Position numbers and translations under genes: made by a program
NCBI RefSeq assembly: GCF_009914755.1
Contig: NC_060948.1
Length of the DNA: 64,000 bases
From: the human T2T-CHM13v2.0 reference genome, Homo sapiens
Direction: 5' to 3' (one strand)
Notes under the pieces: generated by a model
Database searches by the model: none
Told to the model about the DNA's origin: nothing
The model's input: only the letters and a program-made list of their open reading frames with translations
Shown here: piece by piece, positions 49,731 to 64,000 of the stretch
Numbering within the stretch: position 1 is the stretch's first letter
Layout: every line of letters begins with the position of its first letter

Positions 49731-50242
49731 ACCAAGTTTCTTGCCTTGGTGTATTGGAAGAATTGGGTCACATGGGGGCTTGGAGAATGAGTGCAAGGTT
49801 TTATTGCGTGGAGGTACCTCTCAGCAGATGGGGGAGCCAGAAAGGAAATGGTTTTCTCCTGTAGTCAGGCAGGTAGGGGTCCTGCGCTCTCCTCCCACTG
49901 CCCCAGCCAAATTGTGCATTGTTTTGCTTGTCCGTGGCTGCTAGCCCTGCCAGTGCCTGTTGGCGTGCTCTTCTGCAGTGTGGTGTGGGCGATAGCCGCT
50001 GGTGTCTTTTTCTGCTGCTGTTTTTCTCTTGAGGTACAGCTCCTTCTGCCTCTTCCTTGCTAGTTTCTCCGGTATTTATAGGTCCAGGATGGGGGCGTGG
50101 CAGGCCAGGGTGGTCTTGCAAAATGCAACATTTGGGCGGGAAGGCAGAAATGCCTGTACTCACCTAGTTCCATGGGGATGGAGCCTTATCCAGGGCCCAT
50201 ACACTCCTCTGTCCAGCACTTCCCTTCCCCTCTTCTGCATCA
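49731..50242 (-). mobile_element. ERV1 LTR, LTR27/LTR28/LTR1-like, truncated
   Basis: Minus strand starts TGATGCAGAAGAGGGGAAGGGAAGTGCTGG and contains CCCAAATGTTGCATTTTGCAAGACCACCCTGGCC and TATAAATA. Confidence 0.65.
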
Positions 50243-52719
50243 TTTAAAGGAACCATGCTCTTATCAATCAATTCTATTGATAAACTAATATTGAAGAAGG
50301 CGTTGTTCATGTAGACAACATGGTACAAAACTGAGGACACAAAAAGCTTGTTTCTCAGAAACTCAAAGAAGAACATTGCTTGCTGAGGGCTACAATGAAG
50401 AAAAGTGAGCACAAAATGAGGCTTGGCAAGTAAATTAGGACAGATAACATAATTTTTAGTTTACTATTTTTAATGGGAACATATGAAGCAATTGCAAGGG
50501 CTTGTTAAGAAAAAAGTTTGATGGGATTTATGTGTTTTTGCAGGACTCTGTGGTCAGCTAGGAGGACCAGAGATGAAAGCTAAAGGGGTCAGTTTGGTGG
50601 GGGGATAATGAAATAGGTTCTTAAATTGATGGTGGTGATGGAGGCACAACTCTGAAAATACTTAGAACCATTAAATTGTGCACTTGAATGGTCAAATTGT
50701 ATAGTATGTAAATTATATCTTGCTAACTGCTTTTTTAAAATAAAAAACCCAAACAAAATAAATCACTTAAAAGAAATATAATAAAAATTGTTAGATTTTT
50801 CTTTATGGTACATGTTGGTTAATCACACTTGTATTCAGTTCTGTACATGTGTGTTTGTGTGTGTGTGTGTCAGAGAGAGAGATACCTGGAGGAGAAGAAA
50901 AGGAAAGAGAGAGAAAGATAAACTGTCTGTGATGTAAAATGTATCTTTGACTGTGAGTCGGAGTCACACTTGTCAAAACTTCATTCCCCAACTTCTTCCT
51001 TATTACATTTTATATACTGCTCTCATTACATTTTCTTTTCCTGCCCAGCTTTATTAACTTCTAATCATTCACTTCAGTTAATTTTTAAGTTCTCCCTTTC
51101 CTGTTCCCTGAAGACGTCATCCTTCACATACAATCCTGAATCTGCTGTAAGAGCCTGTTTATAATGTTTTCATTTGGCTCCCAAGTAGCAACAAATAAAT
51201 GATATACTTTTTACCACTCAACTTATTAACTGTTTTTCATAAGCCCCTACTAGTTGTGCAATATAATCTTCGTAACTTCTATGGGCTACACTTTTGTCAC
51301 CTGCATAGTGGGAGAATTGATGGCCCTAACATAGGGGTTTACTGTGACAGTTAAAACAAATATGTACAACCTGTAAATTAAAAATTTTCCATTTATCATA
51401 GCTTTTATTTAAGCAACAACATCTTATTTCTCAAATAAGTCCTCATCACAATTTCTTCCTTTACTTGACCTCTTTGTAGCTTTTGACAACACTAACCACA
51501 GTCTACCTTCTAAACTCTTCTCTCCCATCACATTTTTGGCTTTTCTCTGATTTCTCTGATTATTATTATTCTGTTGATTTCTCTAAGTGGATTTTCTCCT
51601 GGTTCACCTAATTCATTCATTCTCTCCATATCTTCAGCCACCAACTCAAGTTGCTGATTCTTCAGCATCTATCTGCAGCCCAGACATCTAAATGATTCTG
51701 AACTTCTATATTCTGTAACGCATCAGATATTTCTCCTTGGCCTTCCATGAGAACCTTGAAAATAGCATCCTGCCATGAATGTTTTCCTCTTCTCTTGCCT
51801 CATTTCCAATCTTAATTAAGACAGCACAGCTGAGAGAGTTACCCAAAGATCAAAAATTTATCATTGATTCTTCTCTTTCACTGGTCATATTCAATTGGTT
51901 AGCCACTCCTTTTCTCGGTACCACTACTTGGTACACATTCTTACTTACTTTCTCCGGACTGTAGCAATCACACTTAGCTCCCTGACTTCAATCTCTGCCT
52001 TCTCCAATTCATCCTCTAACTAATTTAGAAAACGTTTGTAAAACAAATATCATTATTTCATATCCCAGATTGAAATTCTTCACTATCTCTTCATCTTCTG
52101 TAAAATTATCTCTAAACATATCATGGCCTATGAATTCCTTCACAATTAAACTCTAGTAGTTTCCTATACCTCCTCCCACTACTTCTCCAGTGAAAATGTA
52201 TTCTGTATTTGACCATGAAGTGAGTTGTAGGATGCAATGAGCAGAAGAAACATAGGCACCCAGACAACTGCTGCTGCCTGCAATACTTCCTAACGTCAAG
52301 CCCGATTAGGAAGATTGACCAAATTGTAGAGAACCTAAAACATCCCTGTAAGTAGAGAGAAAATATATTAAGCAATTAACCATATTATTTAACATGCCAT
52401 TAGTTACTTTATTTTCTTCCTTTCTTGTTTAATGGTACAAAATACTAGGCAGGTGTGTACCACCAGCATTGGGTGCACCTCTTCTAGCTGCTACTCAAGT
52501 TTGCATTTCATGTAAAATCCCTGTGAATAAATATTTTAATACCTACCCCTATAATTCTCTGCCTCCTTCTTTGGTCTGAGCTTGCACTCCATTAATGGCA
52601 ATTGATAACACCACAGCTCAAGGAGTTACCCAAAGTAGACATCAGAAATTTATCATTGATTCTTCTCTCTCACTGGTCATGTTCAGTGTTCAGCTAAGTG
52701 AAATATTTATGGAGGGCAA

Positions 52720-54550
<1,831 letters not shown>

Positions 54551-56073
54551 CCCTAAACATATTTAGGAATGTTGATCAGATGGTAGGAGACCCCAAAATT
54601 TACTTTAACTAGTGAGTAATACAAGAAATCATCTAGATGGCTTAACACACTCTCAGTGATTTTTTTCCCTCTTTTTCCTTTTCCTTTTTTTTTTGATAGA
54701 AAAATTATTTAATCAAAATAAGTCTACACATTGAACTTATGGCTTAACTAGAATAAATCTAAGTTAAACTGTATAGAGACCAAACAGATAATGACTGGTG
54801 TATATGCAGGTTCTCTCAAAGCAGTGATTCCTAGTTCCACTGTAAGACCTCTTAAAAGTGAAAATTCAATTCTGTAGATGAAAACAGTTATCCCAGTGGG
54901 TCAACCATACAATGTCATATACAGACGCTGCTCTTAAGCCATTTTTTCCATATTCATATAGTTTCAAAACATGAGAAGTATTTTACTTATGGGAAAATGC
55001 CAAATTACCTAATATTCAAAGTATCTTAGAAATGCTATCCTTTAGTTAACATACCCTTAAATTTTGTAACATTGGCTTCACTCTGATTTACTCCATACAC
55101 ATCAATGTACAGACTATCAAAGTACTATGTTGGAACAACTGCTCTTTGCATTTTTGGAATCTAGAAATGAAAATAAAACTTCCAATATAGCCATGTTTTC
55201 AAATAGGTACGTTTCCTTATATAGCATTTGTTTATTGTATAAGCATTATGGATTTTTTCTTCCAATTAAGTACTATTTAGTGAATTCCTAAAGAAATTTT
55301 TAACAGCATAGAAACTTGAGGCATTTCTCAAAAATACATTTATTTAGTTTTCCGTTTTAGTTACTAGTGCCTGCCTGTGAAAAGGGCCTTAAATGATTTA
55401 ACCCTAAAGCCAGATTCATTCCTGTATATACCCATTCTGTTATCTGCAGAGAAGTAATAAGACTTCATTCCTTTCTCATTCCTTTTCATACTATAAAATA
55501 TTAGTCAGATGTGGATTGCAAGTGGAGAGATGTACCTTGTCTTGCCACTGCCCATGATTGCCTCATATATAAGTTCTCCTTAATGAGTCTTTGACTATGT
55601 ATCAACCTGGAGTGGTCTGCTTTTTAGTCTGATTTTGCTTTCTATTTATGAAGATGTGTCACCTAGTAACTGACAAAGTAATAAACTTGAGAAATAAGGC
55701 ATCCCTGGGGAGAAATTCCAGATTGCTTGGCCTAGGCTATGTGGTGACCAGTGACCCATATGCCTAATTTTGTGTTTTGACTTCTATGTGAGTAGAAGCA
55801 TGTCCCAAGAGCTTGTCACCTTATCTGAATAACTAAAAATAGGGCATGACAGTAGTGAAGGAAATGAGTATGGTGGCTATGGTGCAGCCTGTTGTGTGCT
55901 ATACAAGAGGCAATGGATGCAGTTAGTGGCAGAAGTGGAAGATATGGAACTCGTCAAATAAGACATGATTTTTTCTAGATCAAGCTATGAAATTTAAAAG
56001 ATATGTTTTGTTGAGAAAAAAAGTATTTTGGTTCTAAAATAAAATTATTCGTTATTTAAAAATGAGAAGGAGA

Positions 56074-56372
<299 letters not shown>

Positions 56373-56908
56373 AATTAAAAGGAGAAAAAATTTGGGGGCA
56401 AAAAAACCTGATAGGTATGTAAGAGTTGTAGAAATTTATGTAGAAGATGAATCTTGTGGAGGAATTTTATGTGTAATCAAGCTGGATAAGAAAATTATTT
56501 ATGTTTTTCTAAAAATTAAATTTAATGCCAAAAATACATTGGTACAAAATTATAATTTGATCTCTGTGAAAAACAATATAATTCTTTGGAACATTGGTCT
56601 GCTCTTAATGAGATATTATAAAAGATTTTATCTTGATCTTTTGGGTAACTGGCCTAGAAAAATTTTTGCTTGTTTATTTTCACAATAAGATTCCCTGTGC
56701 TTTGTGTTGTCTTTGTTAGGCCTTTGATTCTGAAAGAAAAAAAAAACCCAAATGTTCACATAATTGGAGTTCCCATAATTTGGGTAAATTTTCATAAATA
56801 ATATCGTTCGTTTAATGAAAAAGACCTATTTCAGAGTTGTCAACATTAAATATAATGCAGACATACAATTTTGACCTCTAGTAGTTGTTTATGATAATAA
56901 AATTATGA

Positions 56909-57269
<361 letters not shown>

Positions 57270-58099
57270 AGAAGTGCAGTATTCTTTATGTGTATCAAAT
57301 ACTGCAGTGAAACAAAGAAAAAACTACCACAAAAAAAGTTATGTATTTAACTCTTTAAGGTTTTGCTTTCATGTTGACTGTACTAGCATGTACATGCTAT
57401 AAAAAATAGTTAATAGGAAAGACATGTTAGAAGAACCACCAACATCCTGTCCCCACAAAAATACAACTGGAAACAATTCAAATCCAAGAAAATTATCTTA
57501 CTTTTATCAAAATTTTGGAAAGAAGCAAAGATACTTCCTAGGCTTACAAAATTGGAAGAAGCTGTGACTGCTAACAGAAAGAGTTATTTCATACTACATC
57601 ACCCCTACCCCAGGGTCATAATACCATGCACAGAGATTTCCCTAGACCCAAAATTGCCAGTGTTGGGGAGGGAAGTAGAGGTGAAAATTCAGTCTCTCCA
57701 CTGATCTGGGAGTCTTCATAAAAAGGGCAGTTTGAGTTCATTCCAGGGGAACCACTGGGAATGAACTCAGGGGGCTAAATCACCTGGGATAAACTGAGGA
57801 CAAAGAGTAGGACACTGATCACAGTAACTGGCAAGTAAATCTTAGTGGCTTCTCTGTTCTCAGAGCAGAAATGCCACATATTAAAGAGGAGGCTGCAGGT
57901 GGGATCCATGGAGAGCTGCATGGTCAAAGGTGAATGGCTGATGCTTAAAACCACCTAAGGCCTATGGACTCATGTTGGCTGCCTTTGTTGTACACTTTTC
58001 TCTTCTATGCTGCTAGGCATAGTTTCATCTACTGGATTCAAAGGTTAGAATGGGCATGGAACCACGGCAAGCAAAAAGACCTCAGTATTAATGCTTTAC

Positions 58100-58570
58100 T
58101 GATTAAGCTCAATCATATGGTACTGGGGAGGAACACAGCCTTGCAGTCTGCCATGGGATGGTAGATCATGAGTTAATTCTCTTTTCTTTTTTACCTGGCA
58201 TATATGGTCACCTTACATAGATGACATCATGTTAGTTCCTCCTAAAGACCTCTCTGGTTTTGGAGATCAAACATTTCTGGTCATGAGTATTATGAGAATT
58301 AGTGGTGAGTGTCTACAAAATGTGGGTACAAAGCACTTCTGTTAACTTCCTGGGAGTAGTCATTAAGTTAGGTAGGAATCAGATAATGCTTGAAGTGGTG
58401 GTAGATACGTCCATACAGTAAAGGAAGTATGAGCTTTTTTGGAACTGTTGAGGTACTAGAGAGCCTTTTTAATCAAATCTGGCCAATGACTTAGTGCACT
58501 ATATAGGTTAATTAAAATGAGAGCACTCTGGTATTGGAAACAGTAACAACATGCTTCTGAAAAGGCAAAG
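58100..58570 (+). mobile_element. ERVL-like pol/RT remnant, cut by the L1 insertion
   Basis: HSLAVCHGMV at ~58132-58162 and the catalytic-type motif YIDDIML at 58214-58234. Confidence 0.55.
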
Positions 58571-58573
58571 TTT

Positions 58574-64000
<5,427 letters not shown>

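Overview
Human male-specific Y (X-degenerate, Yq11) genomic DNA, mostly interspersed repeats. It holds one protein-coding gene, TMSB4Y (thymosin beta-4, Y-linked; + strand; coding exons 40966-41065 and 41855-41889; 44 aa), in a CpG-rich island at about 39150-41180. The first 24.6 kb is a nested stack of insertions inside a minus-strand MER4-group provirus: an ERV9/LTR12 provirus, an LTR9, a full-length L1PB1 carrying two solo LTRs, a full-length L1PA7/8 carrying an AluYa5, and a MADE1. Two young L1s (27978-33958 and 58574 to the window edge) lie on either side of the ~129-bp 5'UTR deletion linked to ZNF93 escape. The most interesting signal is apparent rewiring of the TMSB4Y transcription unit relative to TMSB4X. 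An X-like TATA/exon 1/donor survives at about 39480-39602. The ancestral acceptor appears mutated (AG>GG) with a possible new CAG acceptor 2 nt before the ATG. A human-specific AluYa5 sits in the old intron 1, and a YY1/ETS TATA-less promoter and uORFs (one encoding the H-Y epitope EVLLRPGLHFR) lie further downstream in that intron. The intron branch-point region is duplicated and the X-type polyA signal seems lost. I found no convincing wholly new biological system. Repeat subfamily names and X comparisons come from recalled consensus sequences, not from searches.
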